In this document: one piece after another, positions 42,601 through 55,740 of the stretch
Layout of the letters: the number at the start of each line of letters is the position of its first letter
Numbering within the stretch: position 1 is the first letter of the stretch
Assembly: GCA_050084515.1 (NCBI GenBank)
Contig: CM114271.1
Span: 46,872,001-46,936,000, forward strand
Length of the DNA stretch: 64,000 bases
DNA from: Blasia pusilla
Lineage: Eukaryota
Direction of reading: 5' to 3'
Made by a program: the position numbers and the translations under genes
The notes under the pieces: generated by a model
The model's database searches: none
The model's input: the letters and a program-made list of their open reading frames with translations, nothing else
What the model was told of the DNA's origin: nothing

Positions 42601-45180
42601 TTGAAATGGTCCAGCCAATCTATTCAACCAAATGTCCGGACTTCTTATCCACCCACACTTGAAATGATCTTCTTGACTCCACTTATGTACCATTATTTTC
42701 GTTAGCTAAAATCATCCACAAGTGTCATGGAATACTTTACCGGTACCCGAATTTTCCCGAGAGATTTTTGCTCACACAAGCAATTGAACGATCATAAATG
42801 AGATTCGTTTTACAACTCTACGAATTCCCGTATCAAGAATTGGAAACCAAAGAATATACGAAACGAATGATTATTTTTAAAATAAAGTTAAAAAAGGACT
42901 CTTACACAACACGTTTTGGTAAAGACCATCAGCAACTACTACTACCTTTTCCAGTTTGAAGTCATCGTATTACGCATACGACGCACTTTTAAGTAAGCGA
43001 GAGAAATTTGCAGAGCTTCCATCGAACCGTACTGGAATGTTCTTGCGTTTGATTCTATGCGCTTCTTGAGCCGCGGGGCCCGCAGAACCGCTAACTCCAA
43101 TAGGTCTTTTAGTTTCGCTTCGTTTCGCGATCATCGACGCGATGGCATGCGAGAACGTAAGACCCTTGACCCTCGACCGCCGATAATGGCCTCTTCTATC
43201 GCCGTGTCCGCCTCCAATTCGCTACCTACGAACGACCCATCATTCACAACGTGGGGGTGAAGGTGACTGGGATTGCCAGCGCGGATTGCCTCTCGCCGGG
43301 CATTCACCTTCGATGACAGTTATCGGAAGGCGAATCGGACCCCTAATTGGATCGCACAGAGCCGTCCGCCCATGTGAGGAGGATCCGCACGACCCAGCTT
43401 GCCAACTTGTAAGGCTATCTATGCATTTCGCTTGTAAGGATGGATGGCAGCATTGGGAAGCATGTTGGCTGACTGGATCGGAGGGACTAACTGATTAGTT
43501 GGGGTTGTTTTTGGGTTTGGAAATTGGAATCGTCCTTTCTGTGACGTAAAATACTATACTCGTCATCGGTGGCTGCGAAAGATATGCAGCCGCCATGAAA
43601 TACGAATCTACGAAAAGAAAATTTGATGGAATGACTGAAATTCGAAAACAGGCAGGAAAGAAGAATTTAGTTACATTGGTTAGACCAAGCTCGGGAAAGG
43701 CGAGGATGCAAGCGAGAAGTCCACGGATTCGATGATTCAGACAGCATGGTAAGTTCATCTCGTACCGCACACCAATAGAGGTGGCAGTTCAGCTACGTCG
43801 AGTGTTCTGGTAACTGGGACAATGGGACAGCGCAGGCTGTTGGAGTCTCCGAGACCGGTGCATTGGAGCTCCGGGCCTACGATACAGAAAGAACTGGGAA
43901 CTGGCCTCGAGAGGTATTGAACGCTAACAGGACCTCCACAACTCAGGTCTGCACAGCAGTCAGCCTGAGCTAGAAAGCAAGTATGGTCGAGAACGTGGGG
44001 GGTTATTAGAGCCCTCAAAACAGTCCTACCGCAACAATGGTAATTTTGAATTACTATAATTCTCAAAATCAGAGCAGGGAACTTTGGAAGGTCACCGTTT
44101 TTTAAAGTTAAGAAACATTATCTCTTCTATGTACTATCTCAAGAGTAGAGAGATGATCATGTTTCTGAAGTGTTAAGTCAGTACAAATATTAAGATGGCT
44201 TCTTGATCTCAAGAAGAAAGATGGGCAACAAGAAAATATTTTCACAATATGGGACAATAGAGAAATTCTTCTTTAGAGGTTCAATCTTCTTCGTGACAAC
44301 AGAGCAATAGTAACATACACAAGGTGCAAATTAAGAGTGTGGCCACTCGTGCGTGATCTCAATGGCTATGGAGACCTTCCTCAGCATCGTATGGCCCTGC
44401 TTCGCGAAACCTGGTCTACTGCACAATCAGGTGTTTCAAAGAGCATCCTCCAAGAGTTGGTTGCCACCTGCGAAGATTAGAGGCAAATCACAACTCTCCG
44501 GATTGAGGAAATTGTAAAGAAGTTCCTGCCTACCTTATGCAATTGGAGGTTAACTGTCGGTGAAATTGTGAAATGCTCTACTCCAAAGACCACAAGAGAA
44601 AATTGTCACGTCTGCGAAGATGGTGCAACTATTAATCAAAAGCCTTGGGACTCTCATGACCTTGAGAATAAAGTTTGACTGTTTAAGGTGATTCTAACTT
44701 TCCGTGTACGCATTATGAAATTTGTAAATTTTGGGGAAACGGTGTTAAACCTTGTCCGCTTGAGGTAGTTCATTCGATATATTCTTTGGTCGGAAGTACA
44801 ATTTCTTGTGGCAACATCTCGCCCACTAAAGATAAAAACAGTGACTACCCGAAAGAGGGCCTGAGGAAACAAGGATGCTGGTCGTCAGGCATTTGATATA
44901 CTTTCTCCATCCCGAGGTACTAACTAGCTCATCCATCACGCTTTGGAAAGAAGCTGTTAACAGCCCGATCACTCCGTGAGGTTTCTCCGACCGAACGAAC
45001 TCTTCGTGAGCGGGCACACTCACTATCTACAACACCACTAAGATTTTGAACTGCCTGGACACAACAAGAAAGGTCATTACAGTGTGACTTCTGCAAAACT
45101 TCAGTTCCTGATTACAAGATGGCGGTCATTTATGATACAAGATTGTTAGCGGACAAGGATACGGACAAATTCCAATGTTT

Positions 45181-48100
45181 CTAGCTAAGGTGGTTCTTCA
45201 ATGAGTAACAAATTATGGATTTCAGTCCGCTAAGAGGAAGCTTCATTGTAGCCCTGTATGCAGTTTCATTGTAAGGGGCCCGGTAAAATTTCCAGTAGGG
45301 TCTAAACCAGTTTGAGGTTCTCTCTCTATGCTCGACGCTTGCTAAGTTTTGCTCTGACTTCTTTCCTAATCTAAAGGAGGAACTTTCTCCGGCTTTCACT
45401 TTCCTACCTTGGTTGCCAGAAATCAGGCCCGGCACCCAGAAACTTCTTTCTGCCCTAAAACTGCTGAACTCTTTCCCTTGCACAACTGGCGAATTACAAG
45501 CCGTGGTAGGGGTTGAGAATGAGAATGATCGAGTATGCAAGTTGTTCACCAAGGATGATTCATTGACCGACTGGCGAGGACTGCACGCCAAACTTCTTTC
45601 AGGTCTTATCGATTTATATGAAGGTGATTCTTGCAATAAACGCCGCAGAGATGGACGTTTCTCATTTTCCTGTGGCGGATTACGACTTGAGGTTGTCACC
45701 ACTGCATCTTGAAAGACGTGGTCCTTTGAAGATACGAAATTAACCTTACCCTTGGTGCTTTGATCCACAAAAAGACCCATACCCTGCAGAGTCATCAGTC
45801 AGAAGTCAAATGTCTCTCCAACAACACAGGCCAAAAAGTGGAATGGCAGACTGTCGAAATAGCGACACCGTATGGAACGTCGAGTAAAGTGGATACAGCT
45901 ACGATGAGACAATGGACACACCTTCCACAGATAGTAAAACACAGACGGGGCATCGACGATGAAGGCCCTGGCTAGTCTCTCCGGGTAGTTTTCATTGAGA
46001 ATCTTCAAGGTCCCCAAAATTGTACTTGATGATGGAGAGTTTGATTTTGAATTTCCTGCAGCATCAGTAGTGAAGAAGTTTAACTGTCAATAAATAGAGT
46101 TTCAGAGTCGACAGACGAGATACGTACAAGATGTTAGTCTGGAATATACAAGGTGGTAAGAACAAAATGTGATCACTGTTATAATTATCAGCATGAAATT
46201 GGGTAAGGAGGCAAAAAAAGTTGTATCACTATCAAGTACCATCAATCTATGCACTCTTTCTTTAACCGCACATTAGAAGAGTAGCAGGAGACAACAAGTA
46301 ATAACTCAGCATGGAAGTGTATTGGGCAAGACTTGGATGTACCAGCATAGAGTACTAATAAAATTTGTATTGATTTTTTTGAACCACGCATTTGAGGGCA
46401 GATCATTATCAATCCCCTGAGAGTCGTAAAATTCATAAAGTTGTCCCACAAGGTTTTTCGATAACAATTCTATAACCTCTTTCCTTTTTGGTTATGAAAA
46501 TTCATCATGACATTCGTTGGTAATTTATCTTCAAAATTTTGCATCGGCAGGAGCGACATATCACGGCCGGATGAACTGAGGCAGGGACGAACGAAAGAGA
46601 CAATTTGTAATCCAGACAGTTTCAAGAAAGGAAGGGTGACAACCAGACGAACGGATGGTGATGCCGGAGAGCATGAGGCAAGGACAGACAGGGCTAGGGA
46701 TGAAAACTAGAGACAGGTGGCAAGACATAAAGTATTCGCTTGAGAAAGGCCCATGGAATACAAACAACACTAGCAAACGTCTAAAATGCCCGTATTACGC
46801 CCATGGGCGTAAACAACAGCATTGCGATAGGGGCTTAATCAAGCAAATAGAGGCACGTGACGGGTAAACAGATGGTTACAGACGGCTGAAAGCTGCAAAA
46901 AGCATGCGGAAACACTATAGGGAATGCCACTATGTAGGACGGTAGACATGGACGGGATCATCCAAGGGTATCCAACTAGTTTCTATAATCTCTGGTCGCA
47001 GGGTAGATTTAACTCGCTTCTATGATTTGTGGCCAGTGAGCCGACAATGAAAAAGTAGGGTCCAATGAGCTAAAGTTCAGACCAATGAACTACACTGAAA
47101 TAAGCTCTCAAGTTGGTGACCTACCAACGTCAATGATGAGAATCCACTGGTCTACTCCCGGTGACATTGAAGCCACGGCAACCTCCATTGTGAAAATCAG
47201 ATACCGCAAATACCTGTGCATCCCAGGAAACTGTTTATATTTCCAAGTTCTTTTCTAGGACTCCCAAGCCTACTGATGCACCAAAAAATACCATCGTTCG
47301 CTCTTTAACAAAGCCCGTCGTAACCCAACAAGAACGTTAAGACACATTGCACACCATACAATTAACAAGCAACTTGTCCTAGTAGTTGACCCTCACTTGC
47401 CCAAGTTTCGAGGCAGGATGTAAACTGTCATCCAAAAATGAAATTGGTTGTTTACACATTGTTTGGAATTTGGAATCCTCCAAGTTTTCGATGATGGAAG
47501 AAACTCACTGTTTTTGGGACCATGAATTATGGTTGTAATTCTTCTTCCTGATGATCTGCACCATCATGAACGAGCCACTGACAAAATCAGATCCTCTCGT
47601 TGAAACTATAGATCTGACTTAAAATCCTTACATATCTTGCGGCACAGGAAATTTACAACCGCACAATAAGGAAACCTGTATTTGATGTAGTTAGAACTGG
47701 AGTGCACCAAAATCGTTTCTTACGCGTTTTTTCCCGACGTAACGCCTGGTGCGCTTCTAAAATATCCAGACAGGTACGACCCATATTTGAGGGACAGGAA
47801 AACTGAAAGAAGGGTGTGCTTAAGTAACTACCTACCAAAGTGAAATGGATGACAAACACGGACCCCGACATATGCTCTAGTACCAAGATGACAGAAAAAA
47901 GTTCGCAAATCCAGATCAATCGGTCTGTCCAATACGCCTGCAGCGGTCGTATCATCGAAATGGACTACAAATCAGTCCTTGTTGCTCTCTCTCTCTCTCT
48001 CAAGGCGACGACAGGCACTACTTAATGAGTACAGTCTCTCTCTCTCTCAGCACCGTCCAACCAGGGCGCGGGGTCTATGGTCGCAAGGCTACGACAGGCA

Positions 48101-50767
48101 CTACTTAATGAGTACTCTCTCTATCTGGAAGCTCCGCACAAACACGTTGTTTGGTCAGCACTCACACTGTATGAGAGTGTCTCCCTCCTCTCATATGGTA
48201 CCTTCTTCACTTGCTTCTCTCTCTACACCCATCCCAGTCTCAAGCACCGTCCAACCAGGGCGCGGGGTCTATTGTCGCAAGGCTACGACAGGCACTACTT
48301 AATGAGTACAGTCTTTCAAGACGGTATATCCCGAGAAGGCAGAACTCAAGAACTATTTGCGGGGAACCCCTTGCTTAGTTCAAGTTCAGAACGGGAGCAA
48401 TCCCCTTGAACCATAAGAAAAGCAGGATGGGAACACAACTAAACTCTTGCGCCTTGTGTGACGATGGGGATGAAACCTCTAGTCATTACTTGGTCTCCTG
48501 CGCAACACAACTCACAGAGCAAGAGCATATGCTGATATTGCTAAGCTGGTAGCACCAGAATTATTCAACACCTTCAGTAGGCTTGATTCATTGCCCAAAG
48601 CTGCTGCACTGGTAAGTAATGTCTATTGGGGATCCCAATCAGGTAAAGTAGATGGTGTGGTGAAGAGTTTCACGTTGTTTGGTCAGCACTCACACTATAT
48701 GAGAGTGTCTCCCTCCTCTCATATGGTACCTTCTTCACTTTCTTCTCTCTCTACACCCATCCCAGTCTCAAGCACCGTCCAACCAAGGCGCGGGGTCTAT
48801 GGTCGCAAGGCTGTGACAGGCAATACTTAATGAGTACAGTCTCTCAACTGGCGTAGTCCAACCAAAGCCTCGGAACCAATCATCTTTGGTTCCGAGGCTA
48901 CAACAAGCACTGCTTAGTGAGTTAGCTCTCTTTGCACCCCATGCTACGACAGGAACCACTTAATGAGTAGAGTCGCGCTGGACCCATGGCACTTCCGGGT
49001 CCTCGTGGACAATAAATCACTTCATTCCTTTATTCTCTCGCTCTGGACCGTCAAACCGGAGCGCGGGGTTGAGTACAATGTCTCTCATCTCCCTCATCTC
49101 ATATGTTTTCTTTCATCTCTTCTTCCTTCCCGTCCCGGTCTCTAGAATTGTCCAGCCAAGTGCAGGGATTGGACTCCTCAGGGCTACGGTGCCGCCTGTC
49201 CTCCGCCTGCACACCACTGGACGAGTGATGCGCCAAAAAATTGGTGTCTAGTCACTCAGGCAAGTGCATCTCCCCGTCCAGAAAGCCTACTGCGCGTTCC
49301 TGCAGGCGCGCGAGAGAATTCCGAAGTGGAGGAAGTGATTGTGATGTGCTAGTCACTGCTCATTTAACAAGCTTTCAAACAATTCGTGACAATTTCCACA
49401 GCATGAATGATGTGGAACAACATATATTGTCTGACGACACTACAGTTCCGTTCGTAATCGTCATTGTCCTGAACATTCTCAACTACATTGGTCGATGTAA
49501 GGTGTGATGATTGGTTGAGCCCATGAGTCAGGCTGGGGAAATAAAATTACGTGTCGAACGCTATCTTCCAAAACTGTCGAACTCCTACATGCCGAGCTTG
49601 AATGGTAAAAAATTGCCTACCACGACCGGTCGCCCCTCATTGTCGTGGCCGGCAACGTACGCAGCACCTGACGCGAGCTCCGCGGAAAACTCGTCCGCTA
49701 TTAAGTAGTCTACAGTCGACGATCAACTCAAGAAATCAATTCGCAAATCAAAATGCTCAGGCCTCACAATTAAGCGGTTCATTTCAAAGAGTTCCCGCGC
49801 ACCACAATCACACCAGCGCTAAGCATAAAATCCGTTGAGAATCAAGAGTCATACCGACGTCAAAGTTTTCTCGCCAGGTAAGTAACGACTTGAGTAACTT
49901 CGCTGCCTTGCGTACATGGTATCCTCGAGCCTTCAAGCAGCGACCGACACATGCCTCGTCACAGTACTCGAGCTGCACCAAAAAACCTTCCAGAGGTAAG
50001 GTAAGGGATTCATGAGCAGAGTGCCGAAGACCATATGATATTCGACTTCGAGCAAAGCAGGTCCAGAGCTTTTCAGAGTACATCGGCTGTTATATTTGAT
50101 TAAACTTTCAATACTGGAAACGTCATCTCTCCTGCGCGTATAAGAATATCTGGGAGATTGCGCTCCACTGTGAGACGGAGAGAGACTCCCAGAGTTTGAG
50201 AAACTCGAAAGAAAGCAAAATGAACCAACGAACGATCCTGTGCATTCCACAGATGAATTGTACTAGATGCCAGACGCAGTGATGAGATGACGGCACCAAC
50301 AAATGCAGATTACAAGCAAGCTCCGACGAGTTAATTTCGCACCTCGTTCAGTAGAGGTCAAACGACATTGAAAATCACAGGAAACAGCTCAGTGACTCAA
50401 AGTAACGACTTACCCAGTCTGACACATGATCGGCACGAATCCTTTCCCTCTTTTGTAAAAATAAAAAGATTACACAGAACAACTTTCACCTCTTGCTTGC
50501 AGACGAAAATTCCATGAGTAGTAGAGTTGATGGACGCAATTGTCAGAAAGGATTGAACACAACTGGTATGCCGAATCATGAAATCGGTTGACTACCACGT
50601 TAGCAACGTAGGTTCTACGGAAGAATCAAAGAGAGAGGTCGGAGCCGTGCCTGCTTCTTAGTGAGGTCGTCGCCTTTTCGGACCAGTTGCAACACAGCAT
50701 CGATTTTCTCTTTCGTGCCCCGGAGCGCCTCTGCACCTCCAGCGGCGACAGAAGTGATGCTACTCAT
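45181..50767 (-). CDS. CRAL-TRIO / SEC14-like lipid-binding protein with a Ser-rich C-terminal tail
   Basis: Exons 50767-50651 (GC donor), 49972-49855, 49709-49621, 47555-47509, 47213-47125, 46055-45922 and 45783-45181 splice in frame. Product: [129 protein letters not shown]. Confidence 0.93.
47985..49200 (+). mobile_element. Stack of 5'-truncated non-LTR retrotransposon (LINE) 3' ends in a (TC)n tract within CRAL-TRIO intron 3
   Basis: A common 3' terminus ..aaggctacgacaggcactacttaatgagtac(ag) is repeated, ending near 48034, 48115, 48311, 48839, 48925 (diverged) and 48972 (diverged). The longest copy encodes [28 protein letters not shown] (CX2CX8HX4C knuckle, 48448-48501). Confidence 0.8.
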
Positions 50768-50913
50768 TTAGACTTCTCACGGGCATCTGTCACCGAGCCG
50801 ACTTCCGCCAAAGACATAACACGGAACTGCTAATCGACCTCACACGGTAATCCCAGAGATTTTTCCAGTTTGACCACCGCTTGGCGCAGGCTGTAACAGA
50901 GTTGTTGCAGCGA

Positions 50914-51210
50914 GCTCTAGGGAGAACGATGAGGACGAGGACGACTCTTCTGTGGCGTTTGCACATGTGGCGAGGACATATGCGCTGTAGGGAACTGAGA
51001 CCAGTAGTATTCTCTTCACTTCCGGCTTCTCTCCTCCCCTGCGCAACTCCACCATCCCCAAACAGCAAGTACCACAAGCTCTAGTGAGCGAAACTCCTCG
51101 TCTGCGGCGGTTGCACATGTACCGAAGAGATATGCGCTGTAGCTGCATCCTGTTAGCACTATTGTCTTTATTTCCTCCTCTCCTCGCTTTTCCACCTCCA
51201 CCATCTTCGT
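50914..51210. repeat. Diverged direct duplication (about 160 bp period) upstream of the CRAL-TRIO start codon
   Basis: gctctag..ttgcacatgt..atatgcgctgtag..tctcctc..ctccaccatc occurs twice (from 50914 and from 51078). Confidence 0.75.
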
Positions 51211-51292
51211 TGCCTGCTGCTCCCTCCCCTCCGCTCATCATCAAGAGTCTCCCCTCGATCAATGCTGTTCACTTTTCCGTCCCCTCTGCTCC

Positions 51293-51410
51293 TCTCTACC
51301 CTGCCCTGCCACGGGACGCTTCTCTCTGCCCCGCCCTGCCGCGGGACGCCTCTGAGCGGCCTCTCTCGTCCCCGCCCTGCGGCGGGACACTCCTCTACCC
51401 CGCCCTGCCC
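51293..51410. repeat. GC-rich minisatellite, about 28-bp unit x4
   Basis: ctctctaccc(t/c)gccctgcc(a/g)cgggacgc-like units. Confidence 0.75.
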
Positions 51411-54359
51411 TCCCACAGGACGGACGCTTCACGACTGACGCTCCCTGCTCAACACCAGCACGAGTAGCGAGGAAGGAACAACCTCGCCTACCAACCTCAT
51501 CGTACTTGAATCCCGGGACGCGGATCCACACACTCCCAGTTCCAGGGCATCCAATCTAAACTTAGCGAAGAGGCAGGATGTCCCGAAAATTCATCTCGCG
51601 GACCCGCACTACAAACGTGCCTACGATCCAACGGCTAACTATTATTTAAACCTCCCAGTCACCCATTGACTTGCATCTGCTGACTTGTCGCCTCCATCTC
51701 CGACGCCGTTGGATCTACATTCAGCGGCTCAGATTCTCAACTAACTGCATGCAATCTGGATCCGCTAGTGTTCCCCTTACGCACTCTACGTCGAATGGAC
51801 CTGGAGGCTAAACTAGAAGCCTACGCTCTGCAAAAATAGTAAGACCAAGGTCGCTGTAATAAATTTGAGGACGAACTCTAGCCTCGCCACGCGGCTACGC
51901 CGGCCTTACCGGGGGACCGGTTTCTCGTTTTGAATTGCGTCTTCCGTTTTTTCCTCTGTCTTCTCTTTGTCCTCGTTCGATTCTGACAACGTACGTACAG
52001 GGAAGTAAATTCCCGCCCCTTAATGCACAATTTGCCCTTAATTGTCCTCCCTTCGGGACTAAGTAGGAACATGTCGGGCGTTCCGTTCCCTGAGGTCTAT
52101 TTATGCTACCCAACATACCGGAGTGAACGTACGCCTCAAGGTGATCTTCGAAGGAAAACGGACGGTCAGATCCTGCTGCCACGATTGTAGGTCCAATCTA
52201 TGAGCAGCGACTCATGACATCCGGACTTATATTCGACGCTGATAATTACTGATAATGGAAGCCACCTGACGCGAAATTAAAGACGTTCGTTCCTAATCTC
52301 GTGCCGTGAGCTGAGTCTCTGAGGCCTTGCATCATCATTCATGATTCTCCCCTCTCACATTATGCCTTCGGGCATGATTATCCATACGCCCAATTCCATA
52401 AATAAATGAATATTTGCTTCTAAAGACACAAACGGGCAGTGCCGATAACATGTGAAGCTCGGCTACTGCATGCATTTTTGGTGGTCTCCCTGCGAAATTC
52501 GGAAAGTTTCGATAAGAACTTCTTTTTAAGTAAATCATTTCTTTTTAAAAGTGTGAAAGTTGGGGTTTTCTTTGTAACATCTTGAAATCTGCTACAGGAA
52601 TTTAAAAAGTCGGAAATTAGGCGGCAAGCCTCAAGTAACTACTCAAGCCCTCATCCACCTTGTGAGCTTTCAGTATTCCACTTATAAAAGAGGAAACGGG
52701 TTGTTTGTAGTGTTTCTATGATGGAAGCTTCCAAACGAGATTTGGATGATTTTTCAAATAACAGTAAGAAGTTTGAGAAATAAAATGGGGGAATCTATAC
52801 TCTATACTCTTAAACATGGGGATTATAAGAAGTAGAAGAGTAAAAAGAAAAAATCTCTATAAGATGTAAAGCAGGGAACTAATTTACACCTTACATGCAT
52901 GTGAATTTTTTTGGTATGAGTGTTCAAATAATTTTGTGAGGTGTCGCAAGAAGGGCTAGGAAATTGAAAGAAGATAGTGGGGAGTGTATGGATGTGCATA
53001 GCATGGACATTCTTACTAGTTTCCCTTAAACCTAACCTTTCTTATTCTATGACGAAAAGAAATTGAATTCAAAACCAACTTTGAATCTTATCTGAATTAT
53101 GTAACAATTTGTTTGACCATGTCTTAAAGATGGAACCATAAACTTTCCAATCAGAATTTTTTTGTAAGATATCTCAATTCTAAAAATATTTCCAAACCGG
53201 ATTCTGACGATGTAAATGTGACCCAAACTAGGTTTATCCTTGACTACTTTTTATGACCATCTCCAACACAAAACGGAAATATATGAAGCCTCTAGACACG
53301 TGCTAGAATTCTAGAATTTTGCATAAGAGGACCTGACCCAACTTATAAAATAGCTTTTGTTCCCATTATCACATGAAGAATCAGACCATGTGTTTTGGGG
53401 TTTTTTGGGAGGGAAAGAGTGGTAAAAGTCTAAAATTTGTAAGAAAAAATTTCATATTGGGAGTACATAAAAAAATTCCAAGAACAAGAATGGAAGAAGC
53501 TTGATTGGATTAGTGTCACGCTCCATAATAGAACTAACTACCAATTTTTCTTACTAATACTTTTTGGGAGGAAACTTGGAAATATTTCTTCAAATTGATG
53601 TATGTATTTAACTTCTTGAGAGAAAAGTCTTCTTCAGCATTTTCTTTCTTGCCTATTTTCCAATCAAATGTTTGTGACAATGGAAAATTTACATCAATTA
53701 TTTTTCAAACCCAATTCCAGTGATTATTTCCAACTCTCAAAAATTTTCTTGAAGATATTTCTAGTAGGATTTTTTAATCATCTTCTCTAATAAAAGAAGT
53801 GAAAAAAATCCATTTACTATTTTGGGTAAAATATCTTTTAGAACATATATCAAATCTTCAAGAAATACTAGACCCAACTATAATAATAGAAATCTAAGGC
53901 AAGAAGTTTTTCAATTAAATCTCTTTTATAACCCTCTCCAATATAAAACACACACATATGAAGCCGTTGAATACATTCTACAATTCAAGAATTTAACATA
54001 TGTCCAACAAAGATAAATAAAAATAAATACTTTTCCCGCATAAGGGATGGGAATATGAGCTTTCTAAAAGTTCAATATATTTTGGGATGTAAAATTTTCG
54101 TAAAAGTCTATACAAAGTTTCAAAGTTAATTTTGAAATTTAGAGTACATAGGAAAGCCTAAGAGAATCAAAAAGCATGATTAGAGCAAGTTTCTCTTCTT
54201 GCATGAGACTCGCCAAAAAATCTTTTTGATTCATGAATTTCTTAGATTATGTAACTTGTAGGAAATTAATGACTCAAAATAGATATTAGATAATAATATG
54301 CCCATCCATATAGTTCAAGAGGATGCTTATTAAGCAAAAAAATTAAAATAGTGGGTTTT

Positions 54360-54545
54360 TCCCCTCAAGGTGTGTCCCATATAGTGTCTTAGCTCAAACT
54401 TAGAACATGGTCAAACATGTTTTATGGATAGTTCCTATTTTTGGATTTAAGCGGGTAGGGAGAGAGATTTTATTTGCCCCCCTAAAGATACTTTTGGGTC
54501 TCCCCATGGGAACCCCAGCTTCCACATTGTTCTCCTCAACCCAAA
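54360..54545 (-). repeat. Old dispersed repeat B, partial copy 3
   Basis: The reverse complement matches about 17615-17750 (aagtatct.tag.gggg..ctctc.ct.cctacc..aggaacta..taagtttg.gct..acac..cttgaggg). Confidence 0.6.
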
Positions 54546-55439
54546 AGTCATTAGCAATGCACAAACCCGCTTTTGACTCGCTATCCCTCAAGATGACATG
54601 GTGGAGGCTTCGTACAAATTCTTCAACTCTCAACTCCCCACATTCACCTTGAATCTTCGACCCATTTTTTTGTCTTATGGCTAGCACCCATCTTGTTTCC
54701 TACCATTTAGTGTCTTATGTATGGTTGTCTTGCCGCCCATCCAGTTTTGTGAGTACTCTCATGGCGTTTTGCCTGTCTTTACTACTCACGTGTTCTTTAC
54801 TTCTTTCCCTTGACTTGAAGCTTCGCTCAAAGATCTCATACCTTGCTTCCATCTTTTAATTCTTTTAGGATAGATTGACGAGTTTTGGTAGAACAACTAT
54901 GAGGAGATTAGATGATACTCCCCAGAGGTCGATGATGACTTGAGTAACTTCAGAGAGCAGGTTTTCCCTTCGTTTTGGCCCATTTGGAGCTATATATAGA
55001 AACTTACTATTTTTAATAAGTTTCTATTAAGAGTGGAATCTCAATGTTCAGATGCCATGAGTGAATATGGTGTCTTATGTGTTTTGTTTGTATTTGGTGA
55101 CAGAGTTGTATATGCGCATGATACCTTTCCCTTATCCCCACAAGTAGTTACTCCTCTTTCTCCCGTAAGGGCCTAAGGTTGGTATGAAGGCATATGTGCA
55201 TCTCGCCTATTATTACTCTCACGATCGATTCCTCTGCTGTTCCTAATTACAACTTGCTCCTCTAGCTTTCAACTTTGGTGGGGTATGCCAAGATTTTTTC
55301 CTCCTTAGACCCTTGATCATGATTCGCCATAGATTTAACTCTTCACAATACAAACTATGGTTTTGACACTTTTAGCTATGTTTAAGGAGTTTGAAATGAC
55401 TATTTAAGGAGCTTTTTTTTTTGGATATTTAGTGCGTTG

Positions 55440-55740
55440 GACCAAGGTTTCCAACACCACCTTATTCACCAAAAATGCATCTTGGGTCAATCTGCTATAA
55501 TCTCAAACATGGAGAACTACCAAGCACTCAATAAGATTCCAAGCTAGGTTGTAGCCCCCTTTTTGTTCAACTCCTATGGGACCTAAGCATATCTCAAGTT
55601 TTATCTTATGTTTGGTTATACTTTTCTAAGTCACAATCGTTACCATTTGATTGTGTCTCGCTTCTATAACTTATGCCTCACTTGTGAGACTTTAATGCCT
55701 TTCCATCCTAGTGTCAACCCACTAGAATTCTGATGTTTTT
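55440..55740 (-). repeat. Old dispersed repeat A, copy 2
   Basis: Homologous to 14260-14560. Confidence 0.7.

Noticed and set aside
43000-44070. CpG-rich island with short ORFs
   Set aside because: No recognisable product or RNA gene signature, so no call can be supported.
48076-48090. TATGGTCGCAAGGCT is identical to a conserved 18S rRNA stretch (possible intronic snoRNA guide on the minus strand)
   Set aside because: Only 15 nt, with no adjacent C/D boxes or further rRNA similarity. It is plausible by chance in a window this size.
48001-48975. CRISPR-like array or hammerhead/retrozyme reading of the repeated GACAGGCACTACTTAATGAGTAC motif
   Set aside because: The spacers are irregular and homologous to each other, there are no cas genes and the context is eukaryotic. 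TTAATGAG is not CTGATGA and no matching GAAA core is present. Nested LINE ends explain the pattern better.
49872-49885. TACTTACCTGG on the minus strand resembles the 5' end of U1 snRNA
   Set aside because: It lies inside CRAL-TRIO exon 2 (codons L-L-T-W) with no further U1 similarity.
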